Below are positions 46,809-56,572 of a stretch of DNA of 64,000 nt, piece after piece. Under the pieces are notes generated by a model that was not told the origin of the DNA, did no database searches, and saw only the letters and a program-made list of their open reading frames with translations. Position 1 is the stretch's first letter, and the number at the start of each line of letters is the position of its first letter. The stretch lies in IMG/VR virus record IMGVR_UViG_3300045988_152944. The stretch is one strand, 5' to 3'. This DNA comes from a virus. The position numbers and the translations under genes are program-made.

Positions 46809-47570
46809 ATGAGTAATTTTATTGATATGACAGGCTGGGTAATGGCCGAACATGGGGTTGAAGGCAGTCGCCTGAAAGTAATTAAAAGAGTAGACAATTA
46901 TGTTGCTAACTGTGGTTCACAATCGGCACAATGGCTGTGTGAGTGTTCTTGTGAAAAACATACCCAATTTATTTTAAAAGCACAGCGAGTCAAAACAACC
47001 AAATCTTGTGGTTGTTTACGAACGGAAAAATCAGCCGAACGATTAAAACAAATGAATGCCAAACCCACTACTGTTGAATTAAGAGATGGTTACGCGGTTG
47101 GTTTTACACCTAAAAATGAAGAGTTTTGGTTTGATATAGAATTTATCGATTTTGTCAAAGCACATTGTTGGCATTACGATAAGTGCGGATATGTTCGGAG
47201 TCGTATAAATGGTAAGGGCGTTCGTCTACACCGATATGTTATGGGCGTAACCGACAGTGCTATTATTGTTGACCACATCGTTCATCCACCTTGGGGAGAA
47301 CATCAAGTTGATAATCGAAAATCAAATTTACGTCTCGTAACAAATAGCCAAAATAAAATGAACAGTAAAATCTCCAAAAATAACACAACGGGAGTCAAAG
47401 GCGTGAGTAAATCCGGAAATAAATATGTGGCTCGCATTATGATAAACGGTAAGTCCATATCATTGGGTTATTATTCAACTCTTGAAGAGGCCGCCAAAGC
47501 ACGTCAAGACGCAGAAAAACAATTCTTTGGTAATTATGCGTATGACACTTTTAATAATGAAACAACATAA
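46809..47570 (+). CDS. HNH homing endonuclease with a C-terminal AP2 DNA-binding domain
   Basis: HRYVM..VDHI..DNRKSNLRLVTNSQN (HNH_3 type), then TGVKGVSKSGNKYVARIMINGKSISLGYYSTLEEAAKAR (AP2). Abuts the upstream stop as TAAATG. Confidence 0.8.
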   Translation: MSNFIDMTGWVMAEHGVEGSRLKVIKRVDNYVANCGSQSAQWLCECSCEKHTQFILKAQRVKTTKSCGCLRTEKSAERLKQMNAKPTTVELRDGYAVGFTPKNEEFWFDIEFIDFVKAHCWHYDKCGYVRSRINGKGVRLHRYVMGVTDSAIIVDHIVHPPWGEHQVDNRKSNLRLVTNSQNKMNSKISKNNTTGVKGVSKSGNKYVARIMINGKSISLGYYSTLEEAAKARQDAEKQFFGNYAYDTFNNETT

Positions 47571-47581
47571 AGGAGGTATGT

Positions 47582-47797
47582 ATGATAGCACGTTATTTGA
47601 AATATGGCAATGATTGCCTATTATATCAAACACTTGTCCTTGAGGACAACATCATCATTATCATCAACCGCGAGAAAGGCGGTTGGTGTGATAAAGCACC
47701 AAGAGTGTCAACCAAAGTATATGATACTCGCCTGGAAGCCAAAACGGCTTTTAAACAATTGTGCAACGAGCTTGCACAAGAATATACCAAAATTTAG
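47582..47797 (+). CDS. hypothetical early protein (71 aa)
   Basis: AAAGGAGG RBS. Confidence 0.6.
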   Translation: MIARYLKYGNDCLLYQTLVLEDNIIIIINREKGGWCDKAPRVSTKVYDTRLEAKTAFKQLCNELAQEYTKI

Positions 47798-47808
47798 GAG
47801 GTAGCAAG

Positions 47809-48018
47809 ATGAAAAATCAACTCATTCAAGAGACCGCAGCAGGTCTCGCAATGGCAACGGCGTTCACAGACGGCGATTTCAAAGGGATATCGATTATCCT
47901 TAATACCGATGGCGAACAAGCAGAAGTCCGTCTCGACGTTACGTCAGACGGTGAAGCAAGAGTCTTCGTTTACAAAGTGGGCGAAGACGAACCCAGCGAC
48001 ACAATCGTGTTAAACTAA
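47809..48018 (+). CDS. hypothetical early protein (69 aa)
   Basis: Start moved to ATG 47809 (TAGGAGG RBS). Confidence 0.6.
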   Translation: MKNQLIQETAAGLAMATAFTDGDFKGISIILNTDGEQAEVRLDVTSDGEARVFVYKVGEDEPSDTIVLN

Positions 48019-48032
48019 AAGGAGGCATAAAA

Positions 48033-48434
48033 ATGGAAAACATCACATTTACACAAGAACAAAAAGAACAAATCAAAAACAATGCGCTCGCCATTGAGCG
48101 TTACATCGTCGAAAACGTCGTCCCGCGTCTTGCGGGCGATGTTCGACTCGAGTTTGGAGGGACTTATCACTGCCCAAGAACAGGAACGGCAACACCGACG
48201 TATGTTCTTGTCGTCAAAAAAGAACCCTACTATTTTTGTGCAGGGTGGAACAAAACCCAAGAAGCCCATGTGGGGCTCGTTTACGGGTTTGGTTCTGCAA
48301 TGGTGTTGGAGGAACGTTTGGCAGACGACCTCTACGCTCTGCTCAAAAATTGGCCCTATCTTAAGGCCAAACTTGAACAAATAATCGCTGATCAAGACGC
48401 AGCCAATGCGTTTATAAACAATTTCGAAATTTAA
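48033..48434 (+). CDS. hypothetical early protein (133 aa)
   Basis: AAAGGAGG RBS. Confidence 0.65.
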   Translation: MENITFTQEQKEQIKNNALAIERYIVENVVPRLAGDVRLEFGGTYHCPRTGTATPTYVLVVKKEPYYFCAGWNKTQEAHVGLVYGFGSAMVLEERLADDLYALLKNWPYLKAKLEQIIADQDAANAFINNFEI

Positions 48435-48447
48435 GGAGGTATCAATA

Positions 48448-48627
48448 ATGAGAACAATTCAAGCACGTATCCATTCCCTGTGCGGTCAATTCGCCGAAGT
48501 CACAATCATCAGCGAAAAAAGCGATAATGACGTTATCGTCGAATATCGCGGCGTTCGCTGCACCGCAATCTACAATCCGTTTGTGGGTTGCTACTACGTA
48601 GATGACATCTACGGTATTATTAAGTAA
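48448..48627 (+). CDS. hypothetical early protein (59 aa)
   Basis: Not in the track; TAAGGAGG RBS; frame checked by hand. Confidence 0.55.
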   Translation: MRTIQARIHSLCGQFAEVTIISEKSDNDVIVEYRGVRCTAIYNPFVGCYYVDDIYGIIK

Positions 48628-48641
48628 AGGAGGTAATACAG

Positions 48642-48965
48642 ATGAAGTATTATTATGGTAATGATTACAACGAAGCGCACACCAACGCGCCTATCGAAAT
48701 CACCTCGGTAGAACAACTTCGTCAATATACGGAAAACTACAACGTGGTATTCCCGGCTGACGATGAAATCGATCTGGTTCTTGAAGAATTAGATTACACT
48801 GAAACAGAAGACGGGATCGCCGTTGACAAATACATCTTTGATGATTATCAACAAGGAACTTATATTAACATCCAATTTGCTGATGACAATGAGGATGACA
48901 ATATTTATTCCTATAAAATGATCAACGAAGACGACGAAAAAATCTATTTTGAATTTATTGGTTAA
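48642..48965 (+). CDS. acidic early protein (107 aa)
   Basis: AAAGGAGG RBS. Confidence 0.65.
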   Translation: MKYYYGNDYNEAHTNAPIEITSVEQLRQYTENYNVVFPADDEIDLVLEELDYTETEDGIAVDKYIFDDYQQGTYINIQFADDNEDDNIYSYKMINEDDEKIYFEFIG

Positions 48966-48976
48966 AGGAGGACCAT

Positions 48977-49192
48977 ATGAACAAATACGAAATTGCCAAG
49001 GAAATAGAGCAAGAAGATACCCTAAATGCTATTGAGTGTTTGGGGTATGACACCAGTCGTTTGTCTAACGACGAACTCGCAATCATCAATGATGAGTTGC
49101 AAGATGCGCTCGCTAATGATGATATTTACAACGCAATCTATAATGAGGCGCTGCAAGACATTCTTGCAGCGCACAACATCGAACAACTTTAA
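48977..49192 (+). CDS. acidic early protein (71 aa)
   Basis: AAAGGAGG RBS. Confidence 0.6.
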   Translation: MNKYEIAKEIEQEDTLNAIECLGYDTSRLSNDELAIINDELQDALANDDIYNAIYNEALQDILAAHNIEQL

Positions 49193-49207
49193 AGGAGGGT
49201 CATAGAG

Positions 49208-49384
49208 ATGACAATTGAACAAAAACAAGCATTATTACTTACCGCATTGGTTGACGACCTTTGCGAAGAATCTTCTGCAGAAGAAGTATTCGAACGTTTG
49301 ATCACCGTCGGTGAAAACTGCGGTATCACCGAAGACGACATCGTTGAAATGGGATTTGCTCCTATGGGCGACGATGAAGAATAA
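49208..49384 (+). CDS. acidic early protein (58 aa)
   Basis: Not in the track; AAAGGAGGG RBS; frame checked by hand. Confidence 0.55.
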   Translation: MTIEQKQALLLTALVDDLCEESSAEEVFERLITVGENCGITEDDIVEMGFAPMGDDEE

Positions 49385-49397
49385 GGAGGTAAAGATA

Positions 49398-49685
49398 ATG
49401 ACTTTTAAAGAACAACTCAAAGTAGCAAACGATAACAATCTCAGCATTCTCGATCTCGAAATCGCCAACGAATGCGACTGCGTATTCGATTTTGACTACA
49501 CCGATGACGATTTTGAAGCCCTTTGTGGGGTTATACGAACTGCTTATCTTAAAGCGGAAGCGATGACGATTATAGCACTCGTTCAATGTGTGAGTGATCT
49601 TATCACCGATGAAAATTACACCGTTCAACAAGTGCTTGATGTAACCACTTGGGATCTTGTCGAAAAAGCAAGTTGGTATTGCTAA
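49398..49685 (+). CDS. hypothetical early protein (95 aa)
   Basis: Start moved to ATG 49398 (TAAGGAGG RBS). Confidence 0.6.
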   Translation: MTFKEQLKVANDNNLSILDLEIANECDCVFDFDYTDDDFEALCGVIRTAYLKAEAMTIIALVQCVSDLITDENYTVQQVLDVTTWDLVEKASWYC

Positions 49686-49698
49686 GGAGGTAACAACA

Positions 49699-50295
49699 AT
49701 GGTAAAACTCACACCGGCACAACTCGAAATGGCAATGAAACCCGAAAATATTGCGGCAAGAGTAGAGCTCCTAAAGGCTATGGACGTTGTCGTCCGTAGC
49801 CTTAATGATGAAAGCGTTATGAGCCTTTGGCTCACCAACGGAATTCCTGACGGAGCTGATGATTCAGATTATGAATTCATCGCAGAAGACGTCGCAACCC
49901 CCGAATATGAGGATGGTGATATTTCTTGCTTTGAAGAAACTTGTCGCTGTTTTACGGCGTGCATCGCCGCAGGAGCAAAGTATAGTTATTATAGCGGTGG
50001 AGTGCTCGGCGACATCCGACCTGCTTCCAAAATTAAAAAGTCCATCGCAACGTGGGCAAACATTCAGACAGAAGATTTCCTCTTCCGTTGGTATATTGCA
50101 AACCTTCACATGAGCGGCGTGGTTACAGCAAAGAACGTGGTCGCCCCGACGGAGAAAATCCTCAAATATGTTAAGGAACACTTTATTGAAAACGATTGTT
50201 TCAACAGAGAAAAGATTGAAAATCTCTCTGAAGACGACATCCAAGTATGGATCGACTGCGAACAGAACGACGGCGTGCTCGTCCTAAGTTATTAA
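49699..50295 (+). CDS. hypothetical early protein (198 aa)
   Basis: Start moved to ATG 49699 (TAAGGAGG RBS). Confidence 0.65.
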   Translation: MVKLTPAQLEMAMKPENIAARVELLKAMDVVVRSLNDESVMSLWLTNGIPDGADDSDYEFIAEDVATPEYEDGDISCFEETCRCFTACIAAGAKYSYYSGGVLGDIRPASKIKKSIATWANIQTEDFLFRWYIANLHMSGVVTAKNVVAPTEKILKYVKEHFIENDCFNREKIENLSEDDIQVWIDCEQNDGVLVLSY

Positions 50296-50309
50296 AGGAG
50301 GTATAGAAC

Positions 50310-50579
50310 ATGTACAGAAACATTTTAGCTGTCATCGATGTCGATGACACAATCAATAATGGTCAAGTGATTGACACATTGGAACAAAAGATGGATGGGG
50401 ACATCCACATCCATCTCGACAGCGCTGTTATTCTTGATGAAGACAGCGACAGTATGCACGAACGCTATCTGCGTTATCTGCAAGACTGGATTATCGATCA
50501 TTGTGATGACTATTTTGAAGGCAGCTCTCCGGCGTGCTTTGAAGAATGGAAAGACAATGAATACGCATACAACAATTAA
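50310..50579 (+). CDS. acidic early protein (89 aa)
   Basis: AAAGGAGG RBS. Confidence 0.6.
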   Translation: MYRNILAVIDVDDTINNGQVIDTLEQKMDGDIHIHLDSAVILDEDSDSMHERYLRYLQDWIIDHCDDYFEGSSPACFEEWKDNEYAYNN

Positions 50580-50591
50580 AGGAGGATATAT

Positions 50592-50984
50592 ATGTTTACT
50601 GAAAAAACAGCACAAGGTTATCAAATCGTTACAATTATTCCCGATGGCAGTCGGGAACACGTCATCGCAAAACGTGAGATGTTTTGGGGTGATGACTACT
50701 TCGTCGGCCTCGGTTACAATCGGGCTGACGGCACTTGGAGTCAAGGGATGTATTCGTGGAGCACAGCCGACGAGGCGCTTCAGGCTTTGATTGAAGAGAA
50801 ATATTCTTTTACAAAGAACTCTCTCATCAAGCGTTTATTGCGCTACGTGGAAGCAAATTCCGAGGGCGCGGAACAGTTGTACCAAACCCTCATTGGAGAA
50901 ATCCAAATGACCGAAAGCGAAATCGATGATTGGGGATACGGATATTGTATCCCTGAAGAGGAGAATCAAGATGAAAATGATTAA
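50592..50984 (+). CDS. hypothetical early protein (130 aa)
   Basis: AAAGGAGG RBS. Confidence 0.65.
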   Translation: MFTEKTAQGYQIVTIIPDGSREHVIAKREMFWGDDYFVGLGYNRADGTWSQGMYSWSTADEALQALIEEKYSFTKNSLIKRLLRYVEANSEGAEQLYQTLIGEIQMTESEIDDWGYGYCIPEEENQDEND

Positions 50985-51396
50985 CATTGTGAAAGAAGGT
51001 TTCAATGTTGAGTGTTATATTGACAGAGATTATAATGTCGATATAAACATCAACAACAACAACGTCACATATTGTGATGGAGAAATCGTAAGCAATAACG
51101 CTGAGGTTGAAGGCGTTACTCCCCAAGAGTGGATTGAAGCTTTTGTGGTCGAGCCACTCGAAACAGCGGAGACACTTGAACAAGTGCTCGACGAGCTTGA
51201 CCTCCCCTATGTAATTGGAGATACGGTTTATGACCTAATTGATGACTACACGGCAAGTGATGCGTATTCGGCAGAAGATGTTGACCTGCTACGGGGGTTG
51301 TCACCAGAACGTCTCCAAGAGATGTTCAGTTGCACTGAAGGCATTGCCTTTATCAAAACAAAAAATCAATATGCTCTTGTATGGGCAGAAAACTAA
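50971..51396 (+). CDS. acidic early protein (141 aa)
   Basis: Start moved to ATG 50971 (GAGGAG RBS); overlaps the upstream gene by 14 nt. Confidence 0.55.
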   Translation: MKMINIVKEGFNVECYIDRDYNVDININNNNVTYCDGEIVSNNAEVEGVTPQEWIEAFVVEPLETAETLEQVLDELDLPYVIGDTVYDLIDDYTASDAYSAEDVDLLRGLSPERLQEMFSCTEGIAFIKTKNQYALVWAEN

Positions 51397-51406
51397 GGAG
51401 GTTTAT

Positions 51407-52348
51407 ATGAAACAAACAATTTTACATCAAAAACTCAAAGCATTTCTCGACGATCGATATGGGTCGTGGGCTTGGGATGAACAATACCAATGCTACTACG
51501 ACGAACCTTATCGTTCTTATGATGATATCATTGATGACAAAACCATCGGCTACATTTTAGATTCAAACTATCCTATGGAGGAGTTGGAAGATAAATGCTA
51601 CGATTGGTGGGAAGACGCCGCATGGCAGTGTGAGATGGAACTGGTTAAAGAGTTTCAGAAAACTCTCACACGTCAGTCGTGGGATGACGACCAAATCCGT
51701 GAAGAACTCGAATCAATGTGGTATTTCAAATACCCAATTGATGAGTATCTAAAACAGGAAGTCGATGTCGACATTTGTATTGATACGGGTGACGCCAACT
51801 ACGATTACACACTCAACGCGGTATATCCACATTACAATGGCCGTACGGGTGACGTGATCGATGACGACGCCTCATTGGTGTGGTTGGCAAAAACTCAAGG
51901 TTACTCAAAAGAACAACTTCAACACGCATTCAACACATTTGAGGACAGCCTTGAACGTCACGGTTTCTTAGAAACTGTATACGACGAGGTGCTCAATTGT
52001 TCAACGCCAATGCCAGCACTCGTATTTCCCGTAAAAATGTCTCTTGGCAAGTTAATTGAACTGTATGAAGTTATGCACAAGAGAGACCAAGAAGGATACG
52101 AGTGGTATTCCGAAAACCGTGAAGATTGTGGTTCAATCATCGTCGATAAAAACGTTGATTGTACACTTTACGACTTTTGGGATGGCGGCGGAGGATGCTG
52201 GGGAATCGAACTTGAAAAAGATGTCGAAATCCCTATTAAGTATATCAAAAGTGCCGAACCCGATGGGGCGAAAACATATTCAATGAAATCTTGTTACGGT
52301 TGCAACAGCGATTGTTGGAAAGACGCCGTCAAAGAATACAAATTCTAA
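51407..52348 (+). CDS. hypothetical early protein (313 aa)
   Basis: Start moved to ATG 51407 (TAAGGAGG RBS). Confidence 0.65.
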   Translation: MKQTILHQKLKAFLDDRYGSWAWDEQYQCYYDEPYRSYDDIIDDKTIGYILDSNYPMEELEDKCYDWWEDAAWQCEMELVKEFQKTLTRQSWDDDQIREELESMWYFKYPIDEYLKQEVDVDICIDTGDANYDYTLNAVYPHYNGRTGDVIDDDASLVWLAKTQGYSKEQLQHAFNTFEDSLERHGFLETVYDEVLNCSTPMPALVFPVKMSLGKLIELYEVMHKRDQEGYEWYSENREDCGSIIVDKNVDCTLYDFWDGGGGCWGIELEKDVEIPIKYIKSAEPDGAKTYSMKSCYGCNSDCWKDAVKEYKF

Positions 52349-52408
52349 ATCAATCACGATGTGCTATCGACGTTACGGGCAAAATAAATAAATAGGAGAA
52401 TCAAAATT

Positions 52409-52726
52409 ATGGAAAAGAAATGTGTTTACTTAGTGGTCATCGACTACGCCGATTGCAGTGGTGACAGTGATCAAACAATCAAGGCGTTTGAGCGCCAAGA
52501 AGCCGCAAAGGCGTTGTATGACATTTGCATCAAAGAGACGAAAATGAACGACTATCCCGAATACTTTGATAGAGACGGGAGTTTCAACGAAGACGAGTAC
52601 GGCGACACCTTTGCTTGTGACGAATTTATATCACCAGAGGGCGAATCGTTTTCGTTTTATGAAGACGGTTTTTACAAACAAGAACACTACACCGTTTATT
52701 GGCGTAAACTTGAAGTGCTCGAATAA
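52409..52726 (+). CDS. hypothetical early protein (105 aa)
   Basis: TAGGAG RBS. Confidence 0.6.
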   Translation: MEKKCVYLVVIDYADCSGDSDQTIKAFERQEAAKALYDICIKETKMNDYPEYFDRDGSFNEDEYGDTFACDEFISPEGESFSFYEDGFYKQEHYTVYWRKLEVLE

Positions 52727-52751
52727 GTGAAACAAAAAGGAGAACACAAAA

Positions 52752-52931
52752 ATGGTTAAAACCTATCAACAACACAAAACAGAAACAAGAGAACAAGCCA
52801 TCGAATGGCAACGCGAATTCGAAAATCAAAATTACTCCTGGTCGGAACTCGCTGACTGGGCAGCACATTTTGAGAAACGCGGTAAAAGATACGGACTCTT
52901 AAAAGAGTTTAAAGAAAATGGTATTTGTTAA
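52752..52931 (+). CDS. hypothetical early protein (59 aa)
   Basis: Not in the track; AAAGGAG RBS; frame checked by hand. Confidence 0.55.
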   Translation: MVKTYQQHKTETREQAIEWQREFENQNYSWSELADWAAHFEKRGKRYGLLKEFKENGIC

Positions 52932-52945
52932 GGAGGTGAACAACT

Positions 52946-53458
52946 ATGCCAAATTGGTGTGAAAACACATTATCAATTAAAGGAACAAAAGAACAAATCG
53001 TCGACTTCAACAAAAGATATCTTCCAAACGGAACCTTTTCTTTTGAAAATGTCATTTCCTCTCCACAAACTATAGAGGAATGCCCCGAAGACTATATTCT
53101 TCACAACGAAAAAGAAGCAAACAAACACTGCCTTTTGTGGGACCCAACACAACCCAGAAATTGGTTCAACTGGTATGATTGGAATTGCCATTATTGGGGG
53201 TGCAAATGGGACGCTACGGTAATGAATGTCGAACAAAACGACGAATCTATCAAAATCCTCTTCGACACCCCCTGGAGTCCATCAATCCCCGTTATCGAGA
53301 AACTTATCGTAGATAACCCGCAACTCGAAATCGAGTGTGAGTATTTCGAACCAGGAATGTGGTTTGCAGGACTAATCACGAAGGAAGGTTGCGAAGAGCT
53401 TTCTGATGAAGAGATATCGAACATGTATCCAGAATGGTGCGAACCGGTGGAAGAATAA
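52946..53458 (+). CDS. Api92/DUF1281-like protein (170 aa, tentative)
   Basis: N-terminal MPNWCENTLSIKG and WGCKWD motifs, as recalled for that family; TAAGGAGG RBS. Confidence 0.35.
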   Translation: MPNWCENTLSIKGTKEQIVDFNKRYLPNGTFSFENVISSPQTIEECPEDYILHNEKEANKHCLLWDPTQPRNWFNWYDWNCHYWGCKWDATVMNVEQNDESIKILFDTPWSPSIPVIEKLIVDNPQLEIECEYFEPGMWFAGLITKEGCEELSDEEISNMYPEWCEPVEE

Positions 53459-53470
53459 AGGAGGTATAAT

Positions 53471-54145
53471 ATGAATAAACAAATGCAAACGAAACAATTG
53501 AGCCAGTGGCTTAAAGAAAGCGTCGATTGGGTAATCGACCATCAAGAAGGTTGTTGTACTTTTACCTTGGATGACCACCTCGCCGTGTGCGTTGGTTGGT
53601 CGGGAGGTTACACAGATGAACCCGATGAAGGTTTGATTCAAGCAATCGATGATTTGACGTTCGCCGTCAACGTCGCCCTTAAAGTCTGGACTTCAGATAG
53701 TATGAGAACCGATCTTGACTACATCAACGCCCCGTATTACCCAAACGGAGATGTAGCCGATATCGCAGTATCAATTTCTGAAGATGAAGATTATGATAAG
53801 TTGGCCGAGTACTTCCTTAAAGAGTATGAAGGTTTTAAATCTGTCGTAATTTCAGATAATGGTGAAATCACCGAAAACCCCAATCTTGATTATGAGATTG
53901 AAGGACGTTATTTCACCTGGTATGAAATCGACCGTACCAATGTAGGTAAAGATACGTATGTATTGTTTGAATCTTGTGAATACGGCGATGAAGCCGGCGC
54001 CATTCTGGTCCAACTTCCAAATACACCGTTGGAAATCAAGAGATTATCCACCGGCGAACTCGTGTATGTCATTCCAGAAGACTGCGAAATTGCAGAAACC
54101 TTCGATGATCTCATCACCGCTTTAGAGGATAACGATATCTTATAA
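53471..54145 (+). CDS. hypothetical early protein (224 aa)
   Basis: AAAGGAGG RBS. Confidence 0.65.
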   Translation: MNKQMQTKQLSQWLKESVDWVIDHQEGCCTFTLDDHLAVCVGWSGGYTDEPDEGLIQAIDDLTFAVNVALKVWTSDSMRTDLDYINAPYYPNGDVADIAVSISEDEDYDKLAEYFLKEYEGFKSVVISDNGEITENPNLDYEIEGRYFTWYEIDRTNVGKDTYVLFESCEYGDEAGAILVQLPNTPLEIKRLSTGELVYVIPEDCEIAETFDDLITALEDNDIL

Positions 54146-54198
54146 TCACAACCACCTTGGGACACTTTCCTGTTTAGAAAGCCGAAAAAGGAAATTTT

Positions 54199-54423
54199 AT
54201 GAAAACTTTTTACATTTCGGTCACTGAGACCTTGAACAGAATCATTGAAGTTCACGCAGAGGACAAAGATGAAGCAATTCAAAAAGTGAGCGATGCTTAC
54301 TACGATGGACAAGTCGTCCTTGACTCGGAGGATTACGTGGATGTCGATTTCAACGACGAAACGGAAGAAACAATCAACAATTACGAACTCGGCGGAATGC
54401 CAAAATTCTACGAAGTGCAATAA
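54199..54423 (+). CDS. DpnD/PcfM-like protein (74 aa, tentative)
   Basis: Y.SVTETL.R.IEVHAEDKDEA...V.D.Y..G.VVLDSEDY fits the recalled PcfM/DpnD pattern. Confidence 0.4.
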   Translation: MKTFYISVTETLNRIIEVHAEDKDEAIQKVSDAYYDGQVVLDSEDYVDVDFNDETEETINNYELGGMPKFYEVQ

Positions 54424-54435
54424 GGAGGCGTCTAA

Positions 54436-54660
54436 ATGATAAAACGATTAGGACGAACCATTTGTGTCAAATGCAGCGAAATAGTATGGGACACAGACGG
54501 CGACAAAAAATTAGCAAGAACCTTACCTCAAAGTTGTGATATCAACATCGAGGATTACGAAGATGGCGATGATTTGGATGATGAAATCGCCGACGCTCTT
54601 TCCGATTTAACCGGATTCTGCGTAGAAGGATTCAATTACACAATTAAAAATAATAAATAA
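54436..54660 (+). CDS. hypothetical early protein (74 aa)
   Basis: TAAGGAGG RBS. Confidence 0.6.
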   Translation: MIKRLGRTICVKCSEIVWDTDGDKKLARTLPQSCDINIEDYEDGDDLDDEIADALSDLTGFCVEGFNYTIKNNK

Positions 54661-54677
54661 AAAGGAGATAACAAATT

Positions 54678-55088
54678 ATGAAATTTAATTCTATTTACAA
54701 AAATGGCAAACCCGATTACTTCTTCATCACAATCGACAGCAAAAAAGGTGAACGCGCGTTCATCCAACCCTACTTTATCGTCACCGACATCGATCACCCG
54801 CGTCGTGGTCGTATCAAAGAGATGAACGTTCTCGTGAATACAAACGGTGTAATCGTCTATTACGGCAAAGCGACGCACGGTTACGGGTATTCACACTCGG
54901 CTGATGTCTACGGTGAACTCATCGACATTATTAGGGATTCCTACGGGAAAGAGCTGACAGATGCCGAAGAGAAAGAGCTTCGCAAAATCAACACTCACGA
55001 TGATGAATTGACGTTGTCGCCCGAATTGCTTGAACATCTCGCGGAACTTAACAACGTTGCTCTTTATGGAAAATTCAACAATCTTTAA
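54678..55088 (+). CDS. hypothetical early protein (136 aa)
   Basis: AAAGGAG RBS. Confidence 0.6.
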   Translation: MKFNSIYKNGKPDYFFITIDSKKGERAFIQPYFIVTDIDHPRRGRIKEMNVLVNTNGVIVYYGKATHGYGYSHSADVYGELIDIIRDSYGKELTDAEEKELRKINTHDDELTLSPELLEHLAELNNVALYGKFNNL

Positions 55089-55150
55089 CATTATTACTCA
55101 CAGGCGCTTGACAAACTCAGGCGCCTGTGATATAATTAGGAGGTATTACT

Positions 55151-55396
55151 ATGGCACTTAGAACAATAAATGGATTAGCAATTTGCAACAAAGATGATTA
55201 TGAGCAATTCTTTAACTTGCGCACAAACAACGGGATGAAAAACCCGTTTTCTGAGGAAAAAATCAAGAAAATCATCGAAGACTGGGATGATCTTGTATTA
55301 GCCAATGATGACCTGTGGGCCATTTATTGGGATATGTTGCGACAAGCAATTCAAGACAATTCAGAAGAAATCAATGCACAATGTGCAAATATTTAG
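55151..55396 (+). CDS. hypothetical early protein (81 aa)
   Basis: TAGGAGG RBS. Confidence 0.6.
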   Translation: MALRTINGLAICNKDDYEQFFNLRTNNGMKNPFSEEKIKKIIEDWDDLVLANDDLWAIYWDMLRQAIQDNSEEINAQCANI

Positions 55397-55406
55397 GAGG
55401 TGTTTT

Positions 55407-55721
55407 ATGGAACTGACCAACTACAAAACTTACAAAAAAGAAATGGAACGCATCGGCTACGACGCAGATATGACGCTCGACATGATCGAGCGTTGGGCGT
55501 CTGAATGCGACGGAAGTTATGGCTCACGCGATATTCACTATTGCGACCATTATCACCACGATTTCGCATTCGACTTGGTACGGCCGGCGTATTGGGAAAT
55601 TTGCGACGAAGCCACAGATCGTAGAATTTGCGTTGACAAATGTACGAATTGTGGCGATTTGAAGCCTGGCACTTATATAGGGGATGTGGTAATTGAACCT
55701 ATATACAGATTTAGAAAATAA
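55407..55721 (+). CDS. hypothetical early protein (104 aa)
   Basis: Start moved to ATG 55407 (TAGGAGG RBS). Confidence 0.6.
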   Translation: MELTNYKTYKKEMERIGYDADMTLDMIERWASECDGSYGSRDIHYCDHYHHDFAFDLVRPAYWEICDEATDRRICVDKCTNCGDLKPGTYIGDVVIEPIYRFRK

Positions 55722-55734
55722 TAGGAGGTGGCAC

Positions 55735-55938
55735 ATGTTTAAAGACTATAGTTTTTATGTCAAATGCAACGACAATCCTTTAATATTGGTTAAAGTTGTT
55801 GCAGACAATTATGACGAAGCTATAAAGTTTGCAAAAAGCTCATATGCTTCGGAATGCTCAATCTACGCCGACGATCGTGCAAATGATTGGCATATCGCTC
55901 CGCAATATTGCTATTGTATTAATAGGAGGTCTATATGA
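55735..55938 (+). CDS. hypothetical early protein (67 aa)
   Basis: Start moved to ATG 55735 (TAGGAGG RBS). Confidence 0.6.
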   Translation: MFKDYSFYVKCNDNPLILVKVVADNYDEAIKFAKSSYASECSIYADDRANDWHIAPQYCYCINRRSI

Positions 55939-56165
55939 ACACAACAATTCAAACAGAAGCAGTGGAGGTTTGTCCCTTCTGCGAACAAGAAAACGTTTAT
56001 CCCAATTGGGATGTCAGCAAGCAAGGCTACGTCGCCCAATGTCAGCATTGTGGTAAATTGATTATGCTTTGCGACGAATGTATGCGCGATGAGGATTCGT
56101 GCATTACTTGCAACTGGACAAAGGAGCACAATTGCTTCAGAGCTCCAGACTTATATCGTGATTAA
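55935..56165 (+). CDS. zinc-finger early protein (76 aa)
   Basis: CPFC..CQHC..CDEC..C.TC; TAGGAGG RBS; 4-nt overlap with the upstream gene. Confidence 0.6.
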   Translation: MNTTIQTEAVEVCPFCEQENVYPNWDVSKQGYVAQCQHCGKLIMLCDECMRDEDSCITCNWTKEHNCFRAPDLYRD

Positions 56166-56179
56166 TAGGAGGTGTCACA

Positions 56180-56572
56180 ATGAATGACAAACAATTAGAG
56201 GCCGCAAGGTCACAACTTAGCAATGAAATCGCAGCCATTGGCTACGGTTGGATCAACGGGAAATATCGTAATCCCCCTAAGAAATATCGCCTGCGTGAAA
56301 AAGAATTCGATTGCATCGATATGATTAACTCTCTGTTGTGTTATAGTTATAGCGGCTACTCAGACGATGCGGCTTGGATTCTTCACGACGAACTTAACAG
56401 TTATCATTCGTATCTTGCATCGTATGTAGATACACTTGGAGAAAAACGAGTAATCGAGTTGATTCAAGGACAGATTGATGATATTGAACGAGTGGGCTAC
56501 TCGGTATATACCGACAGTGAAGGGTGTACATATAACACCCTTATTTGGGAAAACGCGGAGGTAGCGAAATGA
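56180..56572 (+). CDS. hypothetical early protein (130 aa)
   Basis: TAGGAGG RBS. Confidence 0.65.
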   Translation: MNDKQLEAARSQLSNEIAAIGYGWINGKYRNPPKKYRLREKEFDCIDMINSLLCYSYSGYSDDAAWILHDELNSYHSYLASYVDTLGEKRVIELIQGQIDDIERVGYSVYTDSEGCTYNTLIWENAEVAK

